A stretch of 64,000 bases of DNA from Ophelia neglecta (Eukaryota). The stretch lies in contig OZ260661.1 in NCBI GenBank assembly GCA_965285935.1, positions 128,588,001 to 128,652,000 of the forward strand. Direction: 5' to 3'. Below the pieces are notes generated by a model that ran no database searches, was not told where the DNA came from, and saw only the letters and a list, made by a program, of their open reading frames with translations. Below, one piece after another: positions 37,912 through 52,936 of the stretch; positions within the stretch are counted from its first letter, which is position 1, and each line of letters begins with the position of its first letter. The position numbers and the translations under genes were made by a program.

Positions 37912-40900
37912 TTACGCCTCACTGGGAGTCAAAATCCATGACGTACGATGAACACAAATGAGTAACATAAAGCATGGTGTGAATACGTCATATCTTGTAA
38001 TATATTCAACTTTACCCCCGATCTTGGTGCTTATTACCTGCTCAGAGAATGCAACAAGTTACCGCTAAATAAATAGGCCTATTGCCACTGTGAGCTGGGT
38101 AGGTGCTTATACTCACAGATGAAAAGTATTTGTCTTGAAAAACACAGTTTATTATTGTTGAAGAACCTATTCATATGTGTTAATATTGTATGTTAATGGG
38201 AATAAATGATTTAATGATACTATGAGAATCGTTGAAAAATTATTTGCTTATATCAACTTATTATTCCACCGTTAGATCTTAGGGCGTACAAAGTTATTGA
38301 CAAACTGGTAGACACCTCATAGATATGATAGGGTCATAAAATAACGTAACACGTTTCAGATAGATCCTATGGTCTATCTAAGCTTCATGGCCGCTCGGAA
38401 AGATTAAATAACAGGTGTAACACGGTGAAGGTGTCGGTCACTGGGGGAAATTGGGGAAGGGGGCTGGGGTGGGGATACACGGCCGCGGGGTCAAGACTCC
38501 CCCAGTGTCCAGATTTTTTTCCATATCAATACTATAAGCCTATAACCGCGATGTTTCCATATACAAAATCGAGGCAAATATATATATAACCAAAACTTAC
38601 AGCCCCCCTTCCGCCCTCCGTCTCCCAATGCCAACGATTATTCCATATAAATACCAGAGGGCTAGGCAAACTTACACATTCCAGGTCGATCTTTATCACA
38701 GTCGCTCAGTGTGGGCCAAGCTAGGCGGACATCATATCAGTCACAATTTAACTTGAAAGATATTTTTGAACGCGGCTACGAAACACAAGGTTGGCGTTAC
38801 ATATGCTTAATTTTCACATGACGGGACCAAACCAGCATGCCCTCTAGAGGCTCTTGAACAAAAGTGGCCATTTTTTATTTTTTGTCACACGTGAGAGCTA
38901 GACCGCACATATGACCCCATAGATATCCATATGTGTCTTTCACAATCACACAATTTCAAAACAATACCATCCCGTGTCCAAAATCTTTTACTATTCATAT
39001 CTATATTTTACTATTAACATATAATCCAGGTAATCCAGATATGTTTGCTGCCTTTTTTGGTGAATCACAGTCGAGTTTGGCGAATTTATTATTGCCCTGT
39101 GAGCTCTGGAACACCTATCAGCTCTGGAACACCTACGACACTGCATCGAATAATTGCTATTTAGTTCGCTGCAACCAGTAATAACAGCCAGGCGTTCTTG
39201 CCTAAGTATAACAGCATGCACCGCGGTATTTCGTTTCCCGCCAGATGGCGATACCTTCAAAAAAGGCTCGCGCATACGCGCAATTGTACACAAGAATGCC
39301 AATTTTGTCAATAAACATACTTCCGCAGAATTTCATCTCCGCTCCGAAACTATATTCCCGTTCTTAATCAAATGATGCAAGTAAATTGAGTATAAGCTGC
39401 GGGCCTGTTCCGATGGCAGGTCTCAGTTTGGCGGCCTCGTAGTCACAGGCACCCCCCCCCCAAATCCCCCAGCGGTGTATTTCATATAATTTGGATGTGG
39501 TGGTCCTAGCAGGGTTTGAATCCTGGGAAAATATGACAGAAATTCTTCAAAAAGCATCAATGATTTAGGAAATCTTCACAAACCTATATTTTTGATCAAA
39601 ACCAAATCCTCAATACACTATACCATTTTGACGGTCGATCTTCCAAAAGCCTATCTTTAATAGGAAAAAGTCCTACTCTTTTGCGATGGGAAAGGTGCGT
39701 CCGGGGTTTCCCGCCTATTCAATGCAAACCACAGCTTTTGTATGCCGGTAGCTAGGTTTTAGAAGACCTCACTGGTCAATATGCCTATAGAAGAATAAAC
39801 TGGACCATTTTCATAGGCTTGCATAGGAGATTACCCTTTTTCTAGTACCATAGCGGAGAGATAGGCATTGATAGGGAAAAAAAGCATTCTCTATACCGCG
39901 GAGCCATATACTATGTTTTCATAGCAACTGAAATCACGGAAAATATGTGATTAATGACGAATCATAAGTTATCAATAAAATGAAACCAATGTCAGTGTAA
40001 TCATCCCAAGTCCACCATGAATCGCGAACAATAACTTTTCACGTTCACATCACGGAAGATAAATATGATCAATCACGCACCAAGATTTTACTCCAAAATT
40101 GTTAAGTGCACCTTATTTTCGGGGTTTTTTTCGAGTCTCCCGATGACTAGGAGAGGCGAGAATAAAATGGCGCGAAAATTAAAAGCACCATTAGCACTGT
40201 ATTGCCGCCGGTGAGTAACCGTGAACATAACAAGCCGTAAAAACTAATTTAAATGTCAGCTGTTCCTGAAAATTTGATGGCGCGAACATTTCCCGTTTTA
40301 CAGTAACTCCCCCTTATAATAAATGTGTATTATATACAATTAGAACAGTCATGGGTTCCTGTCCCGTCAGGACTCGGTATTTCCTTTTTTGAACATTTTA
40401 GGTATGCTATTGAATAAGTATTTTAGTATTGATCAATGTTCTTTACACTAATCTCTTCATATAAGGATAAATTTGACATACCTGTATTGTAGGCCCATAT
40501 GGTTGTGGCCAGTGGACGACCAACCCTGGGTGACTTTCAAAACCTTGTATCGCGGTCAACCGACAACGCCTGGGATGAAAATGGTTTCCAAGAAAATATT
40601 GTTAGGCCTATGTCAGAAATTGTTTGAACTTAATTAAGATAAACGAAGTCCCTGGAACCCGCCAGTCAGATTCCTCCGACGGCCATTAATTTACATCGAT
40701 CGCGTTGGCCGCCTGTATAACTCACCTATATTAATATCGAGGACAGCCGGAGGGTCACAGAGCTGTTCAGGTCTCCGCTCATGTCACATTTGATGGCCAT
40801 TCACGTGCCAGACAACTCCATCTAGTCGGCAGGGAGACCATGGCGATCACGAGGGTGAGATCAGTTTCAATCTCACTCACTGCCCCATCCGTACACCGCC

Positions 40901-41194
40901 CGCCTAGATTGTTATAATCCGATTATATCAACCATAACAATGCACTGATATCAATCCAATTACCCGGGTAAATAAAAGTTAACATACCCGGAGGCCTGGC
41001 GGGGCGTGTAAGCAGATTATAGGTCTCAGCCGACAGACTGAGTAGGCCAGGGTGACAAGGACTCTAGGCAGACGGGTTGGCAGACAGAGGGAAAATGTCG
41101 TCTGCCGACTTGATGGATTCTCTACAAAACCAGTCGGAGTCTGGAGGAAGGCATCATTTCTCCTCTAGGAACCACCACCAGAACATCAGGCAAT

Positions 41195-42919
41195 ATGAAG
41201 AATCTCGTGTTTATCAGCGTCTGGACGGGACTCTTGTCTCTAACCCTGGTGGCCTACTCGGCCGGGGCCAAGGGAACACGACCCAAACTGCCAGATCTAC
41301 TCTTAAGGAACTTCAACAACCTAGGCGATGTGAGCGCTGTGTCAGCTGACGTCACTGCCCAGCAGAACCAGCCCGATAAAAGCCGAGTTAAGCCGAGCTC
41401 GGCCGATGTCAATATGAAGGAGATTGGCGAGATTCTCCAAAACAAGTACGGGCTGACTAACACGATGGCCAGCGAGGGCTCGACCAGCTTCATGTTGGAG
41501 GTGTACCGTAAGCTGGAGGAGGGAGAGAGCTTATCGAGGGCCTCCGGACATCGTGGGCTAGACGTGGCCATCTTACAGGCAGACACCGTCCGCAGCTTCC
41601 ACAATAAAGGTAAGGCCTCGTATACCCACACCGCTTTATGAAAGGAATTCCACAAAAAATCATGTTAAAATGTGAATTTATTAGGCAAGAGATAAAATCG
41701 GTAATTAATATTACTTATCATGATAGTAAATAATAATATGTACATGAAGGTACACGGACTACACAATCAATCTGAATTTGGAGACATCAAGAGTATTAAC
41801 TTAATCCTAATTAATAGCGTTAACATTCACAAAAGCTGATAAAACTAACAAACAATTATAACAAATTTAGTCGATTAACCGTCTTAATTGCATCCTTATA
41901 TCAGCTTACTTTATTTTATTCATTGTAAAAATTATTTATTTTTCCTTGTAGAGCGTATAAGAGAGGAGGGAGACAAGATGGAGATGACCTTCAAACTAGC
42001 CGGTATACCTGAGGAGGAGGTAACAAAGAGAGCTGAACTACGGGTCCACTCACAGAGAGCACGAGGACGCCGTGTCTTCAAGGTGAAGGTCACAGTAATT
42101 GAGGGTGGCGTCCAGATTCAGCGTTTGTCCTATCGGGTCAGCTCCAAGCGTTCTGCCAATGACGGCTCGGCGGTGATTGACCTGACGGCCATCGTTCAGG
42201 ACGTGTTAGAGGCCGGATACCGCGACGCTACTCTCCATTTTACTCTCCGTCCTGCTCATAAACACAGACGGCAGAGAGGGACTGGCCAACAGGAAAAACA
42301 GCAGGGCAAAAGTGAGAAGAAGGACAAAACTCAATCGGGGGACCATAGCGGTAGTGGCGCTGTAGGTAGTGGGCACACCGGAAGACGCTCTAAACGTAAT
42401 GTCCGTCAGCCGACAACTGGTGCCATGCTTGTAATCTTCACTCAAAACAAACAGTTTTTCTCTAAACTGACTGCTGACCTTCGCATAAAGGCCAATCAGC
42501 TGGACAGCAACTTACCAGACTCAAGAGAACAATCAGATGTACGGTCAGGGAGAGTCAAGCGCAGGTCTTCTAAATCAAAAGAAAGATCTAACCCTTTCAA
42601 AGTTGGCGGAAAGTGTAGAAAACTGGACTTTACCATAGACTTTGAGGTGATTGGCTGGGACAAATGGATTGTTTACCCTAAGAAGTTCAACGCCTATCGC
42701 TGCGGCGGAAAGTGTAAGAATATAATGGATCCTGACGTGTGGCCCACCAACCACGCCATACTACAGAGTCTAATGAATAGGCGTGACCGGAAGTTAGCCC
42801 CGCGTCCATGCTGTGTGCCCACCAAACTACGACCAATCAGCATGCTGTATTTCGAGGAGGATGAAATCGTCATACGTAATCACGTGAACATGGCCGTTGA
42901 CCAATGCGGCTGTAGTTAA
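41195..42919 (+). CDS. nodal: Nodal-like preproprotein, copy 9 (join 41195..41609,41952..42919)
   Basis: Intact; K/V consensus protein. Confidence 0.88.
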
Positions 42920-45900
42920 TTACGCCTCACTGGGAGTCAAAATCCATGACGTACGATGAACACAAATGAGTAACATAAAGCATGGTGTGAATACGTCATA
43001 TCTTGTAATATATTCAACTTTACCCCCGATCTTGGTGCTTATTACCTGCTCAGAGAATGCAACAAGTTACCGCTAAATAAATAGGCCTATTGCCACTGTG
43101 AGCTGGGTAGGTGCTTATACTCACAGATGAAAAGTATTTGTCTTGAAAAACACAGTTTATTATTGTTGAAGAATCTATTCATATGTGTTAATATTGTATG
43201 TTAATGGGAATAAATGATTTAATGATACTATGAGAATCGTTGAAAAATTATTTGCTTATATCAACTTATTATTCCACCGTTAGATCTTAGGGCGTACAAA
43301 GTTATTGACAAACTGGTAGACACCTCATAGATATGATAGGGTCATAAAATAACGTAACACGTTTCAGATAGATCCTATGGTCTATCTAAGCTTCATGGCC
43401 GCTCGGAAAGATTAAATAACAGGTGTAACACGGTGAAGGTGTCGGTCACTGGGGGAAATTGGGGAAGGGGGCTGGGGTGGGGATACACGGCCGCGGGGTC
43501 AAGACTCCCCCAGTGTCCAGATTTTTTTCCATATCAATACTATAAGCCTATAACCGCGATGTTTCCATATACAAAATCGAGGCAAATATATATATAACCA
43601 AAACTTACAGCCCCCCTTCCGCCCTCCGTCTCCCAATGCCAACGATTATTCCATATAAATTCCAGAGGGCTAGGCAAACTTACACATTCCAGGTCGATCT
43701 TTATCACAGTCGCTCAGTGTGGGCCAAGCTAGGCGGACATCATATCAGTCACAATTTAACTTGAAAGATATTTTGGAACGCGGCTACGAAACACAAGGTT
43801 GGCGTTACATATGCTTAATTTTCACATGACGGGACCAAACCAGCATGCCCTCTAGAGGCTCTTGAACAAAAGTGGCCATTTTTTATTTTTTGTCACACGT
43901 GAGAGCTAGACCGCACATATGACCCCATAGATATCCATATGTGTCTTTCACAATCACACAATTTCAAAACAATACCATCCCGTGTCCAAAATCTTTTACT
44001 ATTCATATCTATATTTTACTATTAACATATAATCCAGGTAATCCAGATGTGTTTGCTGCCTTTTTTGGTGAATCACAGTCGAGTTTGGCGAATTTATTAT
44101 TGCCCTGTGAGCTCTGCAACACCTATCAGCTCTGGAACACCTACGACACTGCATCGAATAATTGCTATTTAGTTCACTGCAACCAGTAATAACAGCCAGG
44201 CGTTCTTGCCTAAGTATCACAGCATGCACCGCGGTATTTCGTTTCCCGCCAGATGGCGATACCTTCAAAAAAGGCTCGCGCATACGCGCAATTGTACACA
44301 AGAATGCCAATTTTGTCAATAAACATACTTCCGCAGAATTTCATCTCCGCTCCGAAACTATATTCCCGTTCTTAATCAAATGATGCAAGTAAATTGAGTA
44401 TAAGCTGCGGGCCTGTTCCGACGGCAGGTCTCAGTTTGGCGGCCTCGTAGTCACAGGCACCCCCCCCCCATCCCCCAGCGGTGTATTTCATATAATTTGG
44501 ATGTGGTGGTCCTAGCAGGGTTTGAATCCTGGGAAAATATGACAGAAATTCTTCAAAAAGCATCAATGATTTAGGAAATCTTCACAAACCTATATTTTTG
44601 ATCAAAACCAAATCCTCAATACACTATACCATTTTGACGGTCGATCTTCCAAAAGCCTATCTTTAATAGGAAAAAGTCCTACTCTTTTGCGATGGGAAAG
44701 GTGCGTCCGGGGTTTCCCGCCTATTCAATGCAAACCACAGCTTTTGTATGCCGGTAGCTAGGTTTTAGAAGACCTCACTGGTCAATATGCCTATAGAAGA
44801 ATAAACTGGACCATTTTCATAGGCTTGCATAGGAGATTACCCCTTTTCTAGTACCATAGCGGAGAGATAGGCATTGATAGGAAAAAAAAACATTCTCTAT
44901 ACCACGGAGCCATATACTATGTTTTCATAGCAACTGAAATCACGGAAAATATGTGATTAATGACGAATCATAAGTTATCAATAAAATGAAACCAATGTCA
45001 GTGTAATCATCCCAGGTCCACCATGAATCGCGAACAATAACTTTTCACGTTCACATCACGGAAGATAAATATGATCAATCACGCACCAAGATTTTACTCC
45101 AAAATTATTAAGTGCACCTTATTTTTGGGTTTTTTTTCGAGTCTCCCGATGACTAGGAGAGGCGAGAATAAAATGGCGCGAAAATTAAAAGCACCATTAG
45201 CACTGTATTGCCGCCGGTGAGTAACCGTGAACATAACAAGCCGTAAAAACTAATTTAAATGTCAGCTGTTCCTGAAAATTTGATGGCGCGAACATTTCCC
45301 GTTTTACAGTAACTCCCCCTTATAATAAATGTGTATTATATACAATTAGAACAGTCATGGGTTCCTGTCCCGTCAGGACTCGGTATTTCCTTTTTTGAAC
45401 ATTTTAGGTATGCTATTGAATAAGTATTTTAGTATTGATCAATGTTCTTTACACTAATCTCTTCATATAAGGATAAATTTGACATACCTGTATTGTAGGC
45501 CCATATGGTTGTGGCCAGTGGACGACCAACCCTGGGTGACTTTCAAAACCTTGTATCGCGGTCAACCGACAACGCCTGGGATGAAAATGGTTTCCAAGAA
45601 AATATTGTTAGGCCTATGTCAGAAATTGTTTGAACTTAATTAAGATAAACGAAGTCCCTGGAACCCGCCAGTCAGATTCCTCCGACGGCCATTAATTTAC
45701 ATCGATCGCGTTGGCCGCCTGTATAACTCACCTATATTAATATCGAGGACAGCCGGAGGGTCACAGAGCTGTTCAGGTCTCCGCTCATGTCACATTTGAT
45801 GGCCATTCACGTGCCAGACAACTCCATCTAGTCGGCAGGGAGACCATGGCGATCACGAGGGTGAGATCAGTTTCAATCTCACTCACTGCCCCATCCGTAC

Positions 45901-46200
45901 ACCGCCCGCCTAGATTGTTATAATCCGATTATATCAACCATAACAATGCACTGATATCAATCCAATTACCCGGGTAAATAAAAGCAAACATACCCGGAGG
46001 CCTGGCGGGGCGTGTAAGCAGATTATAGGTCTCAGCCGACAGACTGAGTAGGCCAGGGTGACAAGGACTCTAGGCAGACGGGTTGGCAGACAGAGGGAAA
46101 ATGTCGTCTGCCGACTTGATGGATTCTCTACAAAACCAGTCGGAGTCTTGAGGAAGGCATCATTTCTCCTCTAGGAACCACCACCAGAACATCAGGCAAT

Positions 46201-47925
46201 ATGAAGAATCTCGTGTTTATCAGCGTCTGGACGGGACTCTTGTCTCTAACCCTGGTGGCCTACTCGGCCGGGGCCAAGGGAACACGACCCAAACTGCCAG
46301 ATCTACTCTTAAGGAACTTCAACAACCTAGGCGATGTGAGCGCTGTGTCAGCTGACGTCACTGCCCAGCAGAACCAGCCCGATAAAAGCCGAGTTAAGCC
46401 GAGCTCGGCCGATGTCAATATGAAGGAGATTGGCGAGATTCTCCAAAACAAGTACGGGCTGACTAACACGATGGCCAGCGAGGGCTCGACCAGCTTCATG
46501 TTGGAGGTGTACCGTAAGCTGGAGGAGGGAGAGAGCTTATCGAGGGCCTCCGGACATCGTGGGCTAGACGTGGCCATCTTACAGGCAGACACCGTCCGCA
46601 GCTTCCACAATAAAGGTAAGGCCTCGTATACCCACACCGCTTTATGAAAGGAATTCCACAAAAAATCATGTTAAAATGTGAATTTATTAGGCAAGAGATA
46701 AAATCGGTAATTAATATTACTTATCATGATAGTAAATAATAATATGTACATGAAGGTACACGGACTACACAATCAATCTGAATTTGGAGACATCAAGAGT
46801 ATTAACTTAATCCTAATTAATAGCGTTAACATTCACAAAAGCTGATAAAACTAACAAACAATTATAACAAATTTAGTCGATTAACCGTCTTAATTGCATC
46901 CTTATATCAGCTTACTTTATTTTATTCATTGTAAAAATTATTTATTTTTCCTTGTAGAGCGTATAAGAGAGGAGGGAGACAAGATGGAGATGACCTTCAA
47001 ACTAGCCGGTATACCTGAGGAGGAGGTAACAAAGAGAGCTGAACTACGGGTCCACTCACAGAGAGCACGAGGACGCCGTGTCTTCAAGGTGAAGGTCACA
47101 GTAATTGAGGGTGGCGTCCAGATTCAGCGTTTGTCCTATCGGGTCAGCTCCAAGCGTTCTGCCAATGACGGCTCGGCGGTGATTGACCTGACGGCCATCG
47201 TTCAGGACGTGTTAGAGGCCGGATACCGCGACGCTACTCTCCATTTTACTCTCCGTCCTGCTCATAAACACAGACGGCAGAGAGGGACTGGCCAACAGGA
47301 AAAACAGCAGGGCAAAAGTGAGAAGAAGGACAAAACTCAATCGGGGGACCATAGCGGTAGTGGCGCTGTAGGTAGTGGGCACACCGGAAGACGCTCTAAA
47401 CGTAATGTCCGTCAGCCGACAACTGGTGCCATGCTTGTAATCTTCACTCAAAACAAACAGTTTTTCTCTAAACTGACTGCTGACCTTCGCATAAAGGCCA
47501 ATCAGCTGGACAGCAACTTACCAGACTCAAGAGAACAATCAGATGTACGGTCAGGGAGAGTCAAGCGCAGGTCTTCTAAATCAAAAGAAAGATCTAACCC
47601 TTTCAAAGTTGGCGGAAAGTGTAGAAAACTGGACTTTACCATAGACTTTGAGGTGATTGGCTGGGACAAATGGATTGTTTACCCTAAGAAGTTCAACGCC
47701 TATCGCTGCGGCGGAAAGTGTAAGAATATAATGGATCCTGACGTGTGGCCCACCAACCACGCCATACTACAGAGTCTAATGAATAGGCGTGACCGGAAGT
47801 TAGCCCCGCGTCCATGCTGTGTGCCCACCAAACTACGACCAATCAGCATGCTGTATTTCGAGGAGGATGAAATCGTCATACGTAATCACGTGAACATGGC
47901 CGTTGACCAATGCGGCTGTAGTTAA
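46201..47925 (+). CDS. nodal: Nodal-like preproprotein, copy 10 (join 46201..46615,46958..47925)
   Basis: Intact; K/V consensus protein. Confidence 0.88.
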
Positions 47926-50900
47926 TTACGCTTCACTGGGAGTCAAAATCCATGACGTACGATGAACACAAATGAGTAACATAAAGCATGGTGTGAATAC
48001 GTCATATCTTGTAATATATTCAACTTTACCCCCGATCTTGGTGCTTATTACCTGCTCAGAGAATGCAACAAGTTACCGCTAAATAAATAGGCCTATTGCC
48101 ACTGTGAGCTGGGTAGGTGCTTATACTCACAGATGAAAAGTATTTGTCTTGAAAAACACAGTTTATTATTGTTGAAGAATCTATTCATATGTGTTAATAT
48201 TGTATGTTAATGGGAATAAATGATTTAATGATACTATGAGAATCGTTGAAAAATTATTTGCTTATATCAACTTATTATTCCACCGTTAGATCTTAGGGCG
48301 TACAAAGTTATTGACAAACTGGTAGACACCTCATAGATATGATAGGGTCATAAAATAACGTAACACGTTTCAGATAGATCCTATGGTCTATCTAAGCTTC
48401 ATGGCCGCTCGGAAAGATTAAATAACAGGTGTAACACGGTGAAGGTGTCGGTCACTGGGGGAAATTGGGGAAGGGGGCTGGGGTGGGGATACACGGCCGC
48501 GGGGTCAAGACTCCCCCAGTGTCAAGATTTTTTTCCATATCAATACTATAAGCCTATAACCGCGATGTTTCCATATACAAAATCGAGGCAAATATATATA
48601 TATAACCAAAACTTACAGCCCCCCTTCCGCCCTCCGTCTCCCAATGCCAACGATTATTCCATATAAATACCAGAGGGCTAGGCAAACTTACACATTCCAG
48701 GTCGATCTTTATCACAGTCGCTCAGTGTGGGCCAAGCTAGGCGGACATCATATCAGTCACAATTTAACTTGAAAGATATTTTTGAACGCGGCTACGAAAC
48801 ACAAGGTTGGCGTTACATATGCTTAATTTTCACATGACGGGACCAAACCAGCATGCCCTCTAGAGGCTCTTGAACAAAAGTGGCCATTTTTTATTTTTTG
48901 TCACACGTGAGAGCTAGACCGCACATATGACCCCATAGATATCCATATGTGTCTTTCACAATCACACAATTTCAAAACAATACCATCCCGTGTCCAAAAT
49001 CTTTTACTATTCATATCTATATTTTACTATTAACATATAATCCAGGTAATCCAGATATGTTTGCTGCCTTTTTTGGTGAATCACAGTCGAGTTTGGCGAA
49101 TTTATTATTGCCCTGTGAGCTCTGGAACACCTATCAGCTCTGGAACACCTACGACACTGCATCGAATAATTGCTATTTAGTTCACTGCAACCAGTAATAA
49201 CAGCCAGGCGTTCTTGCCTAAGTATAACAGCATGCACCGCGGTATTTCGTTTCCCGCCAGATGGCGATACCTTCAAAAAAGGCTCGCGCATACGCGCAAT
49301 TGTACACAAGAATGCCAATTTTGTCAATAAACATACTTCCGCAGAATTTCATCTCCGCTCCGAAACTATATTCCCGTTCTTAATCAAATGATGCAAGTAA
49401 ATTGAGTATAAGCTGCGGGCCTGTTCCGACGGCAGGTCTCAGTTTGGCGGCCTCGTAGTCACAGGCACCCCCCCCCCCCCATCCCCCAGCGGTGTATTTC
49501 ATATAATTTGGATGTGGTGGTCCTAGCAGGGTTTGAATCCTGGGAAAATATGACAGAAATTCTTCAAAAAGCATCAATGATTTAGGAAATCTTCACAAAC
49601 CTATATCTTTGATCAAAACCAAATCCTCAATACACTATACCATTTTGACGGTCGATCTTCCAAAAACCTATCTTTAATAGGAAAAAGTCCTACTCTTTTG
49701 CGATGGGAAAGGTGCGTCCGGGGTTTCCCGCCTATTCAATGCAAACCACAGCTTTTGTATGCCGGTAGCTAGGTTTTAGAAGACCTCACTGGTCAATATG
49801 CCTATAGAAGAATAAACTGGACCATTTTCATAGGCTTGCATAGGAGATTACCCCTTTTCTAGTACCATAGCGGAGAGATAGGCATTGATAGGGAAAAAAA
49901 GCATTCTCTATACCGCGGAGCCATATACTATGTTTTCATAGCAACTGAAATCACGGAAAATATGTGATTAATGACGAATCATAAGTTATCAATAAAATGA
50001 AACCAATGTCAGTGTAATCATCCCAAGTCCACCATGAATCGCGAACAATAACTTTTCACGTTCACATCACGGAAGATAAATATGATCAATCACGCACCAA
50101 GATTTTACTCCAAAATTGTTAAGTGCACCTTATTTTCGGGTTTTTTTTCGAGTCTCCCGATGACTAGGAGAGGCGAGAATAAAATGGCGCGAAAATTAAA
50201 AGCACCATTAGCACTGTATTGCCGCCGGTGAGTAACCGTGAACATAACAAGCCGTAAAAACTAATTTAAATGTCAGCTGTTCCTGAAAATTTGATGGCGC
50301 GAACATTTCCCGTTTTACAGTAACTCCCCCTTATAATAAATGTGTATTATATACAATTAGAACAGTCATGGGTTCCTGTCCCGTCAGGACTCGGTATTTC
50401 CTTTTTTGAACATTTTAGGTATGCTATTGAATAAGTATTTTAGTATTGATCAATGTTCTTTACACTAATCTCTTCATATAAGGATAAATTTGACATACCT
50501 GTATTGTAGGCCCATATGGTTGTGGCCAGTGGACGACCAACCCTGGGTGACTTTCAAAACCTTGTATCGCGGTCAACCGACAACGCCTGGGATGAAAATG
50601 GTTTCCAAGAAAATATTGTTAGGCCTATGTCAGAAATTGTTTGAACTTAATTAAGATAAACGAAGTCCCTGGAACCCGCCAGTCAGATTCCTCCGACGGC
50701 CATTAATTTACATCGATCGCGTTGGCCGCCTGTATAACTCACCTATATTAATATCGAGGACAGCCGGAGGGTCACAGAGCTGTTCAGGTCTCCGCTCATG
50801 TCACATTTGATGGCCATTCACGTGCCAGACAACTCCATCTAGTCGGCAGGGAGACCATGGCGATCACGAGGGTGAGATCAGTTTCAATCTCACTCACTGC

Positions 50901-51211
50901 CCCATCCGTACACCGCCCGCCTAGATTGTTATAATCCGATTATATCAACCATAACAATGCACTGATATCAATCCAATTACCCGGGTAAATAAAAGTAAAC
51001 ATACCCGGAGGCCTGGCGGGGCGTGTAAGCAGATTATAGGTCTCAGCCGACAGACTGAGTAGGCCAGGGTGACAAGGACTCTAGGCAGACGGGTTGGCAG
51101 ACAGAGGGAAAATGTCGTCTGCCGACTTGATGGATTCTCTACAAAACCAGTCGGAGTCTGGAGGAAGGCATCATTTCTCCTCTAGGAACCACCACCAGAA
51201 CATCAGGCAAT

Positions 51212-52936
51212 ATGAAGAATCTCGTGTTTATCAGCGTCTGGACGGGACTCTTGTCTCTAACCCTGGTGGCCTACTCGGCCGGGGCCAAGGGAACACGACC
51301 CAAACTGCCAGATCTACTCTTAAGGAACTTCAACAACCTAGGCGATGTGAGCGCTGTGTCAGCTGACGTCACTGCCCAGCAGAACCAGCCCGATAAAAGC
51401 CGAGTTAAGCCGAGCTCGGCCGATGTCAATATGAAGGAGATTGGCGAGATTCTCCAAAACAAGTACGGGCTGACTAACACGATGGCCAGCGAGGGCTCGA
51501 CCAGCTTCATGTTGGAGGTGTACCGTAAGCTGGAGGAGGGAGAGAGCTTATCGAGGGCCTCCGGACATCGTGGGCTAGACGTGGCCATCTTACAGGCAGA
51601 CACCGTCCGCAGCTTCCACAATAAAGGTAAGGCCTCGTATACCCACATCGCTTTATGAAAGGAATTCCACAAAAAATCATGTTAAAATGTGAATTTATTA
51701 AGCAAGAGATAAAATCGGTAATTAATATTACTTATCATGATAGTAAATAATAATATGTACATGAAGGTACACGGACTACACAATCAATCTGAATTTGGAG
51801 ACATCAAGAGTATTAACTTAATCCTAATTAATAGCGTTAACATTCACAAAAGCTGATAAAACTAACAAACAATTATAACAAATTTAGTCGATTAACCGTC
51901 TTAATTGCATCCTTATATCAGCTTACTTTATTTTATTCATTGTAAAAATTATTTATTTTTCCTTGTAGAGCGTATAAGAGAGGAGGGAGACAAGATGGAG
52001 ATGACCTTCAAACTAGCCGGTATACCTGAGGAGGAGGTAACAAAGAGAGCTGAACTACGGGTCCACTCACAGAGAGCACGAGGACGCCGTGTCTTCAAGG
52101 TGAAGGTCACAGTAATTGAGGGTGGCGTCCAGATTCAGCGTTTGTCCTATCGGGTCAGCTCCAAGCGTTCTGCCAATGACGGCTCGGCGGTGATTGACCT
52201 GACGGCCATCGTTCAGGACGTGTTAGAGGCCGGATACCGCGACGCTACTCTCCATTTTACTCTCCGTCCTGCTCATAAACACAGACGGCAGAGAGGGACT
52301 GGCCAACAGGAAAAACGGCAGGGCAAAAGTGAGAAGAAGGACAAAACTCAATCGGGGGACCATAGCGGTAGTGGCGCTGTAGGTAGTGGGCACACCGGAA
52401 GACGCTCTAAACGTAATGTCCGTCAGCCGACAACTGGTGCCATGCTTGTAATCTTCACTCAAAACAAACAATTTTTCTCTAAACTGACTGCTGACCTTCG
52501 CATAAAGGCCAATCAGCTGGACAGCAACTTACCAGACTCAAGAGAACAATCAGATGTACGGTCAGGGAGAGTCAAGCGCAGGTCTTCTAAATCAAAAGAA
52601 AGATCTAACCCTTTCAAAGTTGGCGGAAAGTGTAGAAAACTGGACTTTACCATAGACTTTGAGGTGATTGGCTGGGACAAATGGATTGTTTACCCTAAGA
52701 AGTTCAACGCCTATCGCTGCGGCGGAAAGTGTAAGAATATAATGGATCCTGACGTGTGGCCCACCAACCACGCCATACTACAGAGTCTAATGAATAGGCG
52801 TGACCGGAAGTTAGCCCCGCGTCCATGCTGTGTGCCCACCAAACTACGACCAATCAGCATGCTGTATTTCGAGGAGGATGAAATCGTCATACGTAATCAC
52901 GTGAACATGGCCGTTGACCAATGCGGCTGTAGTTAA
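51212..52936 (+). CDS. nodal: Nodal-like preproprotein, copy 11 (join 51212..51626,51969..52936)
   Basis: Intact; Q>R (EKRQG) shared with copy 12. Confidence 0.88.
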
